Notes under the pieces: model-generated | The model's database searches: none | What the model was told of the DNA's origin: nothing | Seen by the model: only the letters and a program-made list of their open reading frames with translations | Program-made: the position numbers and the translations under genes | From: a virus | Lineage: Duplodnaviria; Caudoviricetes | Length of the DNA: 26,145 nt | Virus record (IMG/VR): IMGVR_UViG_3300006879_000460 | Coordinates: 1 to 26,145 of that record | Direction: 5' to 3' (one strand) | In this document: one piece after another, positions 1 through 9,509 of the stretch | How positions within the stretch are numbered: the stretch's first letter is position 1 | Layout of the letters: the number at the start of each line of letters is the position of its first letter

Positions 1-450
1 AACATCTGTATAAGTCCCGACGTGAATCGCCTTTCCCTCTTTAGTCAATCGAACATACCAATTACCGCTTTGATTTCGGTAGACATTTCGATATCCCGAA
101 TTAACGTTGTTTACTTGTGCCCCTCTGCGGTTTTGTCCATTTACTGCATAGGAAACAACTCGAAGGTTATCCCGTGTATTGTCTAGCGTATTATGGTTCG
201 CATGGTCAACAACGGTTTTTGGCGGATTGTTAGCGATTATTTGGTGAAGATAAATTGTTACGCCACCAATTTTTGTTCCGACGTAAATCTTTTCGCCCCT
301 CTTACCACCAACGTCCATTGCGTACCAACGCCCCGCAATCGAAGCTACACGGGGAAGGTCTTCGGTTGATATCGTGGTCGTCGTTATTTCCCCTTTGTGT
401 TGAAGAAATATTACGGTCACGTTCCCCCTAACTTCGAATTTGTTTTTCAT
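1..450 (-). CDS. HNH endonuclease with C-terminal AP2-like domain (3' end runs off window)
   Basis: Not in the ORF track because it is truncated. Manual translation from ATG 450 (SD GGGGGCG): MKNKFEVKGN...YLHQII...VVDHANHNTLDNTRDNLRVVSYAVNGQNR...NSGYRNVY...WYVRL; HNH_3 motif followed by an AP2-like start. Confidence 0.9.
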   Translation of the reverse strand, partial: MKNKFEVRGNVTVIFLQHKGEITTTTISTEDLPRVASIAGRWYAMDVGGKRGEKIYVGTKIGGVTIYLHQIIANNPPKTVVDHANHNTLDNTRDNLRVVSYAVNGQNRRGAQVNNVNSGYRNVYRNQSGNWYVRLTKEGKAIHVGTYTDV

Positions 451-494
451 ACAATCGCCCCCGATTCGTAATCTTGTTTACTTTCACGAATATT

Positions 495-521
495 TGTGGT
501 CGTAAATTGGGCGATTGTGAC
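495..521 (-). promoter_or_regulatory. Putative phage-sigma promoter GTCACA-N16-CCACA (upstream of HNH gene)
   Basis: Exact copy of a motif with invariant 16-nt spacer found 9 times, always intergenic. Confidence 0.8.
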
Positions 522-530
522 ACATTACGA

Positions 531-563
531 AATAAAATTACGGGGGCTTTACGCCGACCCGTA
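531..563 (-). terminator. Probable intrinsic terminator after ECF S-component gene
   Basis: TACGGG...CCCGTA stem followed by ATTTTATT on the minus strand. Confidence 0.55.
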
Positions 564-1049
564 TTTGTCTTTGTATGAATCGAAAACTTTGTACATTATC
601 GGCAAGGTAACCGATAAAAAGACCACATTCCCGATTGCATGATAAGCGTCGAAGTACAGTCCTGTTACATATGCCATAAAGAATCCTGAAAGTGGAATAA
701 AGAACAACATTGAAAGCGAAGAAATGAAACCATAAATAAATGCCGACACTATTGACCAAGTAAATAACAACCCTTTTCGGTCACGTGGGACGAATCCCGA
801 AACAAATCCGACAAACGTCCAAGCGACCATTTGAAACGGTGTCCATATACCAAACCCCGTCATCAATCCCGAAACGGTCGCAATTACGAAACCAAGTGTT
901 GCTCCCATTGAGCGACCATATACAACCCCCGTCAGAATAATAATTATTGTTGCGGGTTGAACGTTTGGAATTCCTTGAAGTGCTAATCGACCAACAATAG
1001 CAAATGCCGTAAGAATACCTATCAATGCGATTTTTCTAGTCTTATTCAT
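549..1049 (-). CDS. cbrT: ECF transporter S component, CbrT-like (cobalamin)
   Basis: 166 aa, multiple TM segments; IPNVQPAT and GFGIWTPFQM resemble recalled CbrT motifs (IPNVQPVT, GFGIWTLPQ); lies near a B12-dependent RNR. Confidence 0.78.
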   Translation of the reverse strand: MNKTRKIALIGILTAFAIVGRLALQGIPNVQPATIIIILTGVVYGRSMGATLGFVIATVSGLMTGFGIWTPFQMVAWTFVGFVSGFVPRDRKGLLFTWSIVSAFIYGFISSLSMLFFIPLSGFFMAYVTGLYFDAYHAIGNVVFLSVTLPIMYKVFDSYKDKYGSA

Positions 1050-1320
1050 TCGAAAGACCCCCTAACTCTTCGATAACCTTCGTGTTATTTACCGCCCCAT
1101 CAACGAAATCCATTCGGGCAACATAGACGGGTTCTAGTGTTTGCGACACTCCGTCAAGATTTTCGTCTGAAATCGTGAGTTTACCAGTTTCGATATATTC
1201 CATATAAACGTTGTCACGACGTTCTTTATCCGAATATCCGTGAACGTGTGGTTGCGTGTGAATTGAATCCGTAAAAATCAATGCGTACTTCATTCCGTTA
1301 TCCAAAGGTTTCATTTCCAT
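1042..1320 (-). CDS. Hypothetical protein
   Basis: 92 aa ORF translationally coupled to both neighbours (overlapping stop/start). Confidence 0.7.
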   Translation of the reverse strand: MEMKPLDNGMKYALIFTDSIHTQPHVHGYSDKERRDNVYMEYIETGKLTISDENLDGVSQTLEPVYVARMDFVDGAVNNTKVIEELGGLSNE

Positions 1321-2060
1321 TAGTGAAACACCCCCATATTCCCACGTTCTTCTAATTCTTGAAATCGTGGGTCTACATCATTATTTCGAAGAATTTTCTC
1401 GACCATTGATACGGCGGGGTGTCGTTCTTCTACCGTCAAATTGATATGGTCGAAGTATTGTTGTGACGGGTCTTCTGCATACAATCCGTCAAGAAGTTTA
1501 TACATACCGTTAAATTCGGGATTCCTTAGTTTAGGTGTGTCCGTTTGTGCGAAGTTTCCCAAAAAGACAATTTTTGTTCCAGTTGCGGGGCGTGTTCCTA
1601 TCGCCGCTATCGTGTGAATATCGAGATTTTGGGCTTCGTCAATCATAGTGTAAGCATGAAGAAGACTTCGACCTCGTAACGTTTGAATTGGGTCAAAGAA
1701 TATCTTTTGACGACTATCGTTTTTACCGTTACCCAACGAAAAATATTGAACTATATTCTTCGATTTGTCCGACATAGCTTCCAAATTGTCCATAAACGGG
1801 GCGATAAACGGATATGTTTTTTCGTCCACGTCGCCCGACAAATAACCTAAATGTTCGCCTAACTGAACTTGTAACCGTGTATAAACTAATTTGTTGAAGT
1901 CTTGATTTTCGATTGTTCGTTCCAGTCCCACCGCTTGCGAAATAAGTGTCTTACCTGTTCCTGCCTTACCCGTGAGAAATAAAAAGGGCTTGTCGTTGTA
2001 TAATGCTTGAATTGCCACCTTTTGTTCGTGATTCCTTCCCACTATTCCGAAACTACTCAT
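1320..2060 (-). CDS. phoH: PhoH-family ATPase (YlaK-like, no PIN domain)
   Basis: GKAGTGKT Walker A, LGYLSGDVDEKTYPF, LRGRSL, IDEAQN; start reassigned to ATG 2060 behind SD AAGGGGGA. Confidence 0.93.
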   Translation of the reverse strand: MSSFGIVGRNHEQKVAIQALYNDKPFLFLTGKAGTGKTLISQAVGLERTIENQDFNKLVYTRLQVQLGEHLGYLSGDVDEKTYPFIAPFMDNLEAMSDKSKNIVQYFSLGNGKNDSRQKIFFDPIQTLRGRSLLHAYTMIDEAQNLDIHTIAAIGTRPATGTKIVFLGNFAQTDTPKLRNPEFNGMYKLLDGLYAEDPSQQYFDHINLTVEERHPAVSMVEKILRNNDVDPRFQELEERGNMGVFH

Positions 2061-2102
2061 TCGAGATTCCCCCTTACGTTTGGTAGTTGATTCACGTCTA
2101 TT

Positions 2103-2129
2103 TGTGGGGTTGGTATCGCCTTTTGTGAC
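2103..2129 (-). promoter_or_regulatory. Putative phage-sigma promoter (upstream of phoH)
   Basis: GTCACA-N16-CCACA. Confidence 0.8.
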
Positions 2130-2139
2130 GTATGTAACC

Positions 2140-2168
2140 AAAAAAAAACGACAACCCGAAGGTTGCCG
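2140..2168 (-). terminator. Intrinsic terminator after nrdJ
   Basis: CGGCAAC-CTTCGG-GTTGTCG followed by T9. Confidence 0.85.
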
Positions 2169-2206
2169 CTTGAATTAAATATATCGTGAATAAACCGTCA
2201 AAATCC

Positions 2207-4435
2207 TTATTTCACGGGACATGCTCCGCCTTCGCAATCCGCAAGCCCAACAAGTTCAAGGTCTTTCACTTCGTCCATTAATTGGAACATTTCTTGAACA
2301 TTACCGAAGATTTTTTCTTTACGTTCGTTGTAAACTTCTTCGGAAATCGGTTCTTTCGGTGCTTGTTGGAATCCGTGACCACTAAACGGAAGAAGTGAAG
2401 TAGATTTCGTCACATCACGGTATTGACGGAATAGTGGTGCGACCTTTTCTTCTTCGTCTTTGTGGAACGTAATCGTACATGAAACGGAATTATCCGCCCA
2501 ATACGTTTGCATAAATGATTGACTTGCGAATTGTTCTTCGATTGAAACTTCTCCCGCCGAAACAAAACCTTCTTCGTCCGCCGACGCCGCTTTGACAAGA
2601 AATTCAACAACTTTCGTGTTTGCGGAATAAACATCATCTTCGACCGTATGACCTGCCGCAGCTAACACGGGAACAAGTGGGTCATTTGCTTGAAATCGAA
2701 TACGTTGAATAATATATCGGTCATAGTGGAAGTGAATACCTTCGGAAACCCCTGCAAGTTTCGAAACTGTTCCACTAGGTTTGATTGTCGTACGTTTAAT
2801 TGAATAGTTAACGCCTAGTTTGTCGGAATACTCAATATCAGCGTCAACAACGGCTTGATAAAGTTCGTCAACTGTTTTTGACGCTTCTTCATTGAAGATA
2901 GGCTTTTGATATACTTCGTCGGTTTCATGGTCGTAAATCGGTTCATAACCGACAACAAGACGTCCGCCGAAGTTCTTCAATACCCAATCTTGAATTCCCG
3001 ACATTGCAACGCCAATTCGACGGTTCTTTGCGATAATATTTCGGGAAACTTCCCATTCGTAATTTGAGAATGTAACCCGCTTCGTATAACGTGCCGCAAG
3101 TCCGAACGCTTCCTTTAAATCCCAACCTTGTTTTTCCGCTACCAATGGAAAGATATCGAATAAATTACATGGTTCGCCGTTTGCAAGACTAATTTCGCCA
3201 CAAGGATTTGTCCCTTCAACGTCGGGGTCAATATTCGGTTGGTAGCCGTCAACAATTCGTCCAAAGTCACGGGATAATTCCATGTTTACAATTCCAGGTT
3301 CTCCGTTCACAATTAAAGAATCCGCAATTTCCCCGTATTCCATGAACGAACGGTCAACAATAACGCTATTATTGGACGCCCAACGGTGCGACATAAGTTT
3401 TTCTTGGTCTTGCTTCATAGTGATATATGCGGAATCCGTCGGGCTTCCAAGTGCAATTTCAGCCGAACGACGAACGTTACCCGCAACAACGGTCTTCCCA
3501 ATAAGATTTGCAATATCCGTCAATTCAACGGAAGACAATCGTCGTCCATTTGCTTCGTTGACAATACTATTTGTTGCATACAATAGTTCAACCAACGGTT
3601 TTGCACCCGAAGCAACGCCGCCAAATCCTTTGATTCGTTTACCTTCCTCACGTACGTCCGTCACGTCAATTACAACCCTTTCGACGTCCTCAATCACGCC
3701 GAAATGTGAATCAATGACCAATGCTTCGGAAACAACCCAACCTTCGCGTTCGTCGGGCGTTTTGTGAACGATTGTTTTCTTTCCGTCGTTCAACGATTCA
3801 ACAAAGAAATCTTCACGGTCTTTCGCACCTGCCGAAATAATCTTGTCATAGTCGCCGTTTTCTTTACCGACCACAACAACAAGTTCGATATTCTTCTCGA
3901 CTTTTGGCATTTTCAGAACGTTTTCTTCAACAACGGAAAAACCAACGCCGCCCCCTTTCATAAGTTGGTCAAATAAGAATGAAAAAGGCATTGAAACCGT
4001 AGGTTGATTTTTGTCTTCAAGATAGAAAGGTAGAATATACGACTTTCCGTACGCTTGCGGTCGAATAGAAATGAACCAACAATTGTTCAATGCGTCGCCG
4101 TTTCGTTTTTGGAAGTCTGTTCCCGAAATCCAAAGGTTTCTACCGCTTGCCGCTCCCGCTAGTCCGTATAGCAATTTGTATAACTGTTTCGCTTCATGCT
4201 CCAATTCGTGGATAACCGTCAAAGGAACGTTCTTTTCCTTCAAGCGTGGGTCAAGGTTTATATTTCCTTCGACAACACGCTTAATCGTTTCGTGCCAATC
4301 CTCTGTACGATTTTCTTCTTCAATCCAACGTGCATAAGTTCGTTTATAAGTGACCCAACCTAATTCGCCCCAATGCGGTTCAATTGAGTTGCGTACTTCT
4401 TCAATAAAGCTATTCGACAATGTGATAGTTACCAT
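2207..4435 (-). CDS. nrdJ: Adenosylcobalamin-dependent ribonucleoside-triphosphate reductase (class II, monomeric RTPR)
   Basis: PHWGELGWVTYKRTYARW, LNNCWF, TNPCGEISL, KPSGTVSKL and C-terminal DCEGGACPVK, as in Lactobacillus leichmannii RTPR; start ATG 4435 behind SD GGGAGGGG. Confidence 0.97.
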   Translation of the reverse strand: MVTITLSNSFIEEVRNSIEPHWGELGWVTYKRTYARWIEEENRTEDWHETIKRVVEGNINLDPRLKEKNVPLTVIHELEHEAKQLYKLLYGLAGAASGRNLWISGTDFQKRNGDALNNCWFISIRPQAYGKSYILPFYLEDKNQPTVSMPFSFLFDQLMKGGGVGFSVVEENVLKMPKVEKNIELVVVVGKENGDYDKIISAGAKDREDFFVESLNDGKKTIVHKTPDEREGWVVSEALVIDSHFGVIEDVERVVIDVTDVREEGKRIKGFGGVASGAKPLVELLYATNSIVNEANGRRLSSVELTDIANLIGKTVVAGNVRRSAEIALGSPTDSAYITMKQDQEKLMSHRWASNNSVIVDRSFMEYGEIADSLIVNGEPGIVNMELSRDFGRIVDGYQPNIDPDVEGTNPCGEISLANGEPCNLFDIFPLVAEKQGWDLKEAFGLAARYTKRVTFSNYEWEVSRNIIAKNRRIGVAMSGIQDWVLKNFGGRLVVGYEPIYDHETDEVYQKPIFNEEASKTVDELYQAVVDADIEYSDKLGVNYSIKRTTIKPSGTVSKLAGVSEGIHFHYDRYIIQRIRFQANDPLVPVLAAAGHTVEDDVYSANTKVVEFLVKAASADEEGFVSAGEVSIEEQFASQSFMQTYWADNSVSCTITFHKDEEEKVAPLFRQYRDVTKSTSLLPFSGHGFQQAPKEPISEEVYNERKEKIFGNVQEMFQLMDEVKDLELVGLADCEGGACPVK

Positions 4436-4469
4436 AAAAAGCACCCCTCCCGTTTGTTTCAATCATAAT

Positions 4470-4496
4470 TGTGGTAAACGTTTATAAATTTGTGAC
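4470..4496 (-). promoter_or_regulatory. Putative phage-sigma promoter (upstream of nrdJ)
   Basis: GTCACA-N16-CCACA. Confidence 0.8.
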
Positions 4497-4504
4497 ATAT
4501 AGAC

Positions 4505-4537
4505 AAAAAAAAAGGGGACGGGGCTTTCACCCCGCCC
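4505..4537 (-). terminator. Intrinsic terminator after amidase
   Basis: GGGCGGGG-TGAAAG-CCCCGTCCC followed by T9. Confidence 0.85.
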
Positions 4538-4549
4538 GTATTAGACGAA

Positions 4550-5365
4550 TTATTTTGTTGTGATAAATGCGTCAAATCCCGCCTTTTTCACCTTGTCCCT
4601 TTGCTTTTCGGCATTCGCTTTTACGCTATATGCTCCGACTTGAACCTTGTATAAGCCGCCAACAAGTTTAACGAATGCGTCGAACCCTTTCGCCTTCACT
4701 TTCTTTTCGAGTGCGGTTGCATTTGCCTTTTTCTTAAATGCTCCGACTTGGACACGATAGATAGTTCCGCTAGGTTTTGACGGTTTCGGATTTGGTTTCG
4801 GTTGGGATTTCGCTTTTAGACCCATTGCCTTTGCGATTCCCGTTGCGGTTGCAATCGCCAAATCACGTAAGAATTTCTTGTCGCTTAATAGTTTATTTTC
4901 CCTTGCGTTATCAATAAACAAAAATTCGATTAAAATTGCGGACATTCTTGTTTCACGTACTACATGGAAGTTTGCCTTCTTCTTTCCTCTATCTTTAATT
5001 CCGTGTTTCTTCAAGAACTTCATAATTTCGTTGTGAACCTCATTACGCATTTTGTTTGTTTTTGAAGAATTGGAAAGTGGTGTATGAATAAACGTTTCAA
5101 ATCCTTCCGCCTTTCCATTAAATGCGTTATTGTGGAATGATACGAAATAGTCAACATTCTTTTGGTTCGCCAAGTTGGAACGATATGATAATGAACGGTA
5201 AACATCATTGGTTCTTGTTTCGTGAACCTTCACTTGATATCTTTTTTCGATTTCTTCTTTCGTCATTCTTCCAAGTTCAAGGACGATATTCTTTTCATAT
5301 TTACCGTGACCAACTGCCCCCGAATCGCTTCCGCCGTGACCATAATCAAACATAACTGATTTCAT
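4550..5365 (-). CDS. N-acetylmuramoyl-L-alanine amidase (Amidase_3 + two SPOR repeats, CwlC-like endolysin)
   Basis: DYGHGGSDSGA..EK, SFHNNA, AILIEFLFIDN zinc-amidase motifs; two YRVQVGAF/YKVQVGAY SPOR repeats after a PK-rich linker. Confidence 0.95.
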   Translation of the reverse strand: MKSVMFDYGHGGSDSGAVGHGKYEKNIVLELGRMTKEEIEKRYQVKVHETRTNDVYRSLSYRSNLANQKNVDYFVSFHNNAFNGKAEGFETFIHTPLSNSSKTNKMRNEVHNEIMKFLKKHGIKDRGKKKANFHVVRETRMSAILIEFLFIDNARENKLLSDKKFLRDLAIATATGIAKAMGLKAKSQPKPNPKPSKPSGTIYRVQVGAFKKKANATALEKKVKAKGFDAFVKLVGGLYKVQVGAYSVKANAEKQRDKVKKAGFDAFITTK

Positions 5366-5377
5366 TATCATCACCCC

Positions 5378-5617
5378 TTAATTTAAGATTTTATTGATTT
5401 CCATTACACCCGTTGCGACTTGCGGTTCTTTCCCTTCTTCAAATACAACGATTGTTGGTACACTCATAACGTTGTATTTTTCCGCAAGTTCGGGTTGTTC
5501 TTCGGCGTCAACAACTTCAAGATTAAATTCACCATTTGCCGCACGTCCTGCAAGCATAGGTTGAATCATCTTACAAAATTGACAATTCACCGTTTCGAAT
5601 TTCAGTACCTTCTTCAT
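5378..5617 (-). CDS. Thioredoxin
   Basis: CQFC active site and LAEKYNVMSVPT cis-Pro motif; start ATG 5617. Confidence 0.9.
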   Translation of the reverse strand: MKKVLKFETVNCQFCKMIQPMLAGRAANGEFNLEVVDAEEQPELAEKYNVMSVPTIVVFEEGKEPQVATGVMEINKILN

Positions 5618-5621
5618 ACCG

Positions 5622-6107
5622 CTACCCCCTAAGTTTTTCCTTTTCAATTATCGTAAACCCGACTGCAATTGCGTCGGATTCGTCGTCGCTTTGAAATTCA
5701 AAATCGTCGGGAAGATTCAATTCATATCGAATCGCCGATTCAACTTCGGTCTTTGACGCCTTACCGCTTCCCGTAACTACCTTCTTAATTGTAGCGGCGG
5801 CATATTCAACAAGGTCATCTTCGGCGAAGAATTCTTCCGTTACCCCGTACGCCTTAAACAACGTTTGTGTCGCTTTTATATGACGTGAGAATCCCGCTTC
5901 CCTTGCGACGAATTGCGGTTTATATTTTTCAATTATTTCTTTGAACTTTTCTCGTTGATTTCGAAGCCTTTTTCCGTGTGACTGCTTCGTGTTCGCTTTA
6001 ATAATGCCCGAATCGACAAGGCGGACGCTTTGACCTTTTACACCAAGCACCGCCCAACCTGTCGAGTTCATAGAAACGTCAAGACCGAGAACGTAAATTT
6101 CTTTCAT
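5622..6107 (-). CDS. ruvC: RuvC-like Holliday junction resolvase
   Basis: LGLDVSMNSTGWAV, AREAGF, IKKVVTGSGKASK, DDESDAIAV. Confidence 0.92.
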   Translation of the reverse strand: MKEIYVLGLDVSMNSTGWAVLGVKGQSVRLVDSGIIKANTKQSHGKRLRNQREKFKEIIEKYKPQFVAREAGFSRHIKATQTLFKAYGVTEEFFAEDDLVEYAAATIKKVVTGSGKASKTEVESAIRYELNLPDDFEFQSDDESDAIAVGFTIIEKEKLRG

Positions 6108-7117
6108 TACTTTTCAGCCGCCTTGCGTTGTCTTGCCGCCTTTCTTTCCGCCGCCCTTTCCGCCTTGATTCTCTTTTGTTCGGCGTCCCAAGCGAACCAA
6201 TCGAAGCCGCCGTCTTTCTTTAATTGCGTCTTGTATTCACTAAATAGATATACACTTCCGTCTTGAACTGCTTCGGGCTTATCATTGTTTTCAACGTGTT
6301 CAACAACTGTTGCGAACTTATCAAGGATTTCTTGTTTTTGCGTTTCAGTTGGTTTGAAGTAGAACGCCCGCATATCGGGTTTTGCGTCCTCCCCTTTCAA
6401 CCAACCATCTTTGGCAAGAGATTCGTAAACAAAGACAAATTCATCAACCCCAAACAATAGTGAATAGGCGATTGCCTGCATTTTGTGGCTGTCGTGTGCG
6501 TCCTTCATTTTATAGTTACCGACCGCACCAATTGTCGTTGATTTTGTCTTAAATTCGAATCCGATTTTGCTTCCGTCCTTATACTGCAAGATTCCGTCCA
6601 TCATGCCGAATATTTGAAAACGGCGACCGTTGTGTTCAAATTGTTTTACGTCCTTCAAATTGTGTTCCCAAGATGGACGACCGTTCGGCATTCTTGCGAC
6701 CTTAAATGCAGGATTTTTCAAATGTTCTTCCGCATACAATAAATCTTTTTGAACCGCCGCATGAACCGCCGAACCATTTCGAACCCAACGTCTTTGATAC
6801 GGAAGGAAAATTTGTTCATCTTTCGGATAGTTCTTCGCTTTGTAATATAGTTCTCGATTTGTCTTCGATACGGAAGACGGTGAAAACGTTACAAGACCTT
6901 TTTCGAAGTTCAAAGGTTTTGGATTTCGAATATTTTCAAGTTCTTCTTCAAGAATTTGTTCTTCAATATCACGGTCATAAATTTCGTTCATAGAATGGAA
7001 TCGTTTGAAATGATTCAACATATCCTTTGCGATTTCTTCGCCCCGTCCTTTATTTCTCATTACCTTTTGATTGAGTTCTTCGCCCCTTGCGATAAATAAT
7101 GATTTCTTACCACTCAT
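6107..7117 (-). CDS. PD-(D/E)XK (Cas4/RecB-like) exonuclease
   Basis: FSPSS, GSAVH, GMMDGIL, EFKT, QAIAY motifs. Confidence 0.8.
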   Translation of the reverse strand: MSGKKSLFIARGEELNQKVMRNKGRGEEIAKDMLNHFKRFHSMNEIYDRDIEEQILEEELENIRNPKPLNFEKGLVTFSPSSVSKTNRELYYKAKNYPKDEQIFLPYQRRWVRNGSAVHAAVQKDLLYAEEHLKNPAFKVARMPNGRPSWEHNLKDVKQFEHNGRRFQIFGMMDGILQYKDGSKIGFEFKTKSTTIGAVGNYKMKDAHDSHKMQAIAYSLLFGVDEFVFVYESLAKDGWLKGEDAKPDMRAFYFKPTETQKQEILDKFATVVEHVENNDKPEAVQDGSVYLFSEYKTQLKKDGGFDWFAWDAEQKRIKAERAAERKAARQRKAAEK

Positions 7118-7151
7118 TCAAAACCCCCCTTCGTGTTATGGAAGGCGACAA

Positions 7152-9467
7152 TCAAGCCACCTTGAACCATTTATCTTTTGCGATTTCGTTGCCCCATTCG
7201 TGCATGAAAGCAACGTCAACTTTTAATGGAATATCAAGCGAAGCCGAACCAATCATTGCTTGTTCAATTTCTTCCGTCTGCCCCTTCGTAATTGTTTCGG
7301 GAACTTCAAGAAGTGCTTCGTCATGAACCGTTCCAAGTATTTTCCAACCTTCGTCCGCATACTTTTCACATACTGCATATAGACGAAGCATTGCGATTTT
7401 CATAATATCTGCCGCCGAACCTTGAATAATTGCGTTGACCGCTTGACGTCGTACACGTTCGACTTTTCCCTTTACGTTTTGGAATCGACGTTTCAACGGA
7501 TATGGAAGAACGTCTTTGAACTCGTCGTCCCAAATATTTGTAGGCAACTTGTTTGTTCCTAATCGGTCAAGAATTTCGGCTTTCAACTCGTCGTAAACAA
7601 TAGCGTCACGCCTATGATTTGGGAAACGACGTTTTCTACCGTACATGGTTTCGACGTATTCTTGTTCTTTGACAAGTTGGTGTATCGAATCAATCCACGT
7701 TTTTACTTTCGGATATGCCGTGTAGAAATCTTCGATAAACTGTTCCGCTTCTTCAACGGATATTTCTAGTTGTTTCGATAGCGTGAACATAGAAGTTCCA
7801 TACATAACCGCAAGCAATCCCGTTTTCATCATTTTTCGTGGTTCACGACCTTTATCGTCCTTTGCACCGTCAAGACATTGTTCAATCGGTAAATTCAGCG
7901 TCTTCGAAGCAAGTGTTGAGTATAGGTCATAACCTTCTTTGTAAGGTTTTCGAAGGTCTTCGTCCCCCGTTATGTGTGCTAGGACACGGGGTTCAATTTG
8001 TGAGAAGTCCGAACCGATAATAATGAAGCCTTTTGGTGCGGTAAACAACGTTCTTGCGGATTGCGGCAACTGTTGAAGGTTTGGTTCTTTCGAAGCGAAC
8101 CGACCTGTTTTCGTTGCATTTTGCATGAACTGTCCGTAAACACGTCCTGTTGACTTCACCATTTCGGGAAGTTTTTCAATAAACGAAGATAATAGTTTCG
8201 AAACCTTCCGATAGTCTAATAGAATTTGTACGGCTTCATATTCTTCCGCTAACATCTTCAACGTTGGTTTGTCGGTTGAACGTCTACCTGAAACATCAGG
8301 GTATTTCAATTCGTCATAGAACACTTTTTGCAATTGTTGCGGTGAATTAAAGTTGATATCGCCAAAGTTCTTTTTCAGTTCGGAAAGAAGTTGCTGTTCT
8401 TCCGATACCAATTCGTTACGGATTCGGTCAATTTTCGATTGTTCGTTCAATAGAAAGCCCGCTTCTTCCATTTCGATACAAACTTCTAACAACGGATTTT
8501 CTAGTTCGTAATACAAGTCACGGACACGTTTCAAGTCCTTTCGTCGGAACTGTGATTCAATAAATTTATAGAACTTGACCGTCAAGTCCGTATCTTTCGC
8601 CGCATAGACAAGGGCGATATCCAATGGAATTGTGTCGAAGGTTGCTTTTCCGAATAGTTCGTTGAACGTATCGTTTTCGGGTTTGATTCCCATGAATTTT
8701 GCGTATTTGTTTGATAAATCTTTCAAGCGATAATTCATTTCGTTTTCATTCAAGACCCACATTGCAATCATTGTATCCATTTGAATTCCTCGAAGGTTTA
8801 CGCCTTCCATACTCAAAACGTGGGCGTCAAACTTCGCATTGTGAAGAACTTTCTTCTTGTGTTTATTCGTCAAGAACGGCTTCAATCGGTTCAAGACAAT
8901 TTCGACTGGAAGTTGTTTCCCCTCTGTATGACGAACGGGAATATAAACATGTTCGTCTGCATTCGGAAAGGAAATCGACATTCCAACCATTTCATTTGAC
9001 CCGTGAACGATATCTAACCCGTCGGTTTCCGTATCAAGTCCGACCAATTCTTCCGATTCCCAAAGGTCAACGACTTTTTGAAGTTCTTCGTCCGTTTGAA
9101 CCAACCAATAATTGTCGGGCGTTTTTTCGACCATTTCCCGAAGTTTTTCTTCCTTTTGTTGCTCCGCAAGTCGTGCGTACATTCGAAGTGCTTCCGCTTT
9201 GGACAATTTCGGCGTTTGCGGATAAATCATTCCCGCCTTCCACGCTTGAAAAGTTTCTTCAAGTCGTCTTTGGTCGGGCTTTGAGTTCTTCGGATTGTTC
9301 AAGATTTCTTTCCACTTTTCCGCCATTTCTTCGGGCGTCATTGGCTTTGCTTTACGCTTCTTCTTCGCCGCTTTCTTGACGGCTTTATCCGACTTTTGTT
9401 TCCGTTTGGTTTCAGATTCCTTCAAATCGTCCCACCCGAAATCAAATTCTTGTTGTGTCATAGACAT
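7152..9467 (-). CDS. polA: Family A DNA polymerase with 3'-5' exonuclease domain
   Basis: Exo motifs DTETDG, HNAKFD, YAAKD; TGRFASKEPNLQQ; motif A DFSQIEPRVLAH; motif B RKMMKTGLLAVMYG; NAIIQGSAAD; motif C VHDE. Confidence 0.97.
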   Translation of the reverse strand: MSMTQQEFDFGWDDLKESETKRKQKSDKAVKKAAKKKRKAKPMTPEEMAEKWKEILNNPKNSKPDQRRLEETFQAWKAGMIYPQTPKLSKAEALRMYARLAEQQKEEKLREMVEKTPDNYWLVQTDEELQKVVDLWESEELVGLDTETDGLDIVHGSNEMVGMSISFPNADEHVYIPVRHTEGKQLPVEIVLNRLKPFLTNKHKKKVLHNAKFDAHVLSMEGVNLRGIQMDTMIAMWVLNENEMNYRLKDLSNKYAKFMGIKPENDTFNELFGKATFDTIPLDIALVYAAKDTDLTVKFYKFIESQFRRKDLKRVRDLYYELENPLLEVCIEMEEAGFLLNEQSKIDRIRNELVSEEQQLLSELKKNFGDINFNSPQQLQKVFYDELKYPDVSGRRSTDKPTLKMLAEEYEAVQILLDYRKVSKLLSSFIEKLPEMVKSTGRVYGQFMQNATKTGRFASKEPNLQQLPQSARTLFTAPKGFIIIGSDFSQIEPRVLAHITGDEDLRKPYKEGYDLYSTLASKTLNLPIEQCLDGAKDDKGREPRKMMKTGLLAVMYGTSMFTLSKQLEISVEEAEQFIEDFYTAYPKVKTWIDSIHQLVKEQEYVETMYGRKRRFPNHRRDAIVYDELKAEILDRLGTNKLPTNIWDDEFKDVLPYPLKRRFQNVKGKVERVRRQAVNAIIQGSAADIMKIAMLRLYAVCEKYADEGWKILGTVHDEALLEVPETITKGQTEEIEQAMIGSASLDIPLKVDVAFMHEWGNEIAKDKWFKVA

Positions 9468-9509
9468 AAACCAACCCCCGCTTTCTTTTTTTTTGCCTTC
9501 GGGGATATT

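Noticed and set aside
4436-4549. Cobalamin riboswitch upstream of nrdJ or the S component
   Set aside because: The intergenic space is too short and is filled by a terminator and promoter; no B12-box seen.
6107-7117. Cas4-like protein as evidence of a CRISPR system
   Set aside because: No repeat-spacer array or other cas genes, and no Fe-S cysteines; it is a common phage exonuclease.
8699-9379. 226-aa plus-strand ORF and other plus-strand ORFs in the track
   Set aside because: They lie antisense to well-supported genes and show no recognisable motifs; treated as shadow ORFs.
2207-9467. Inteins or introns in nrdJ or polA
   Set aside because: Both ORFs are continuous, of normal length, and lack splicing motifs.
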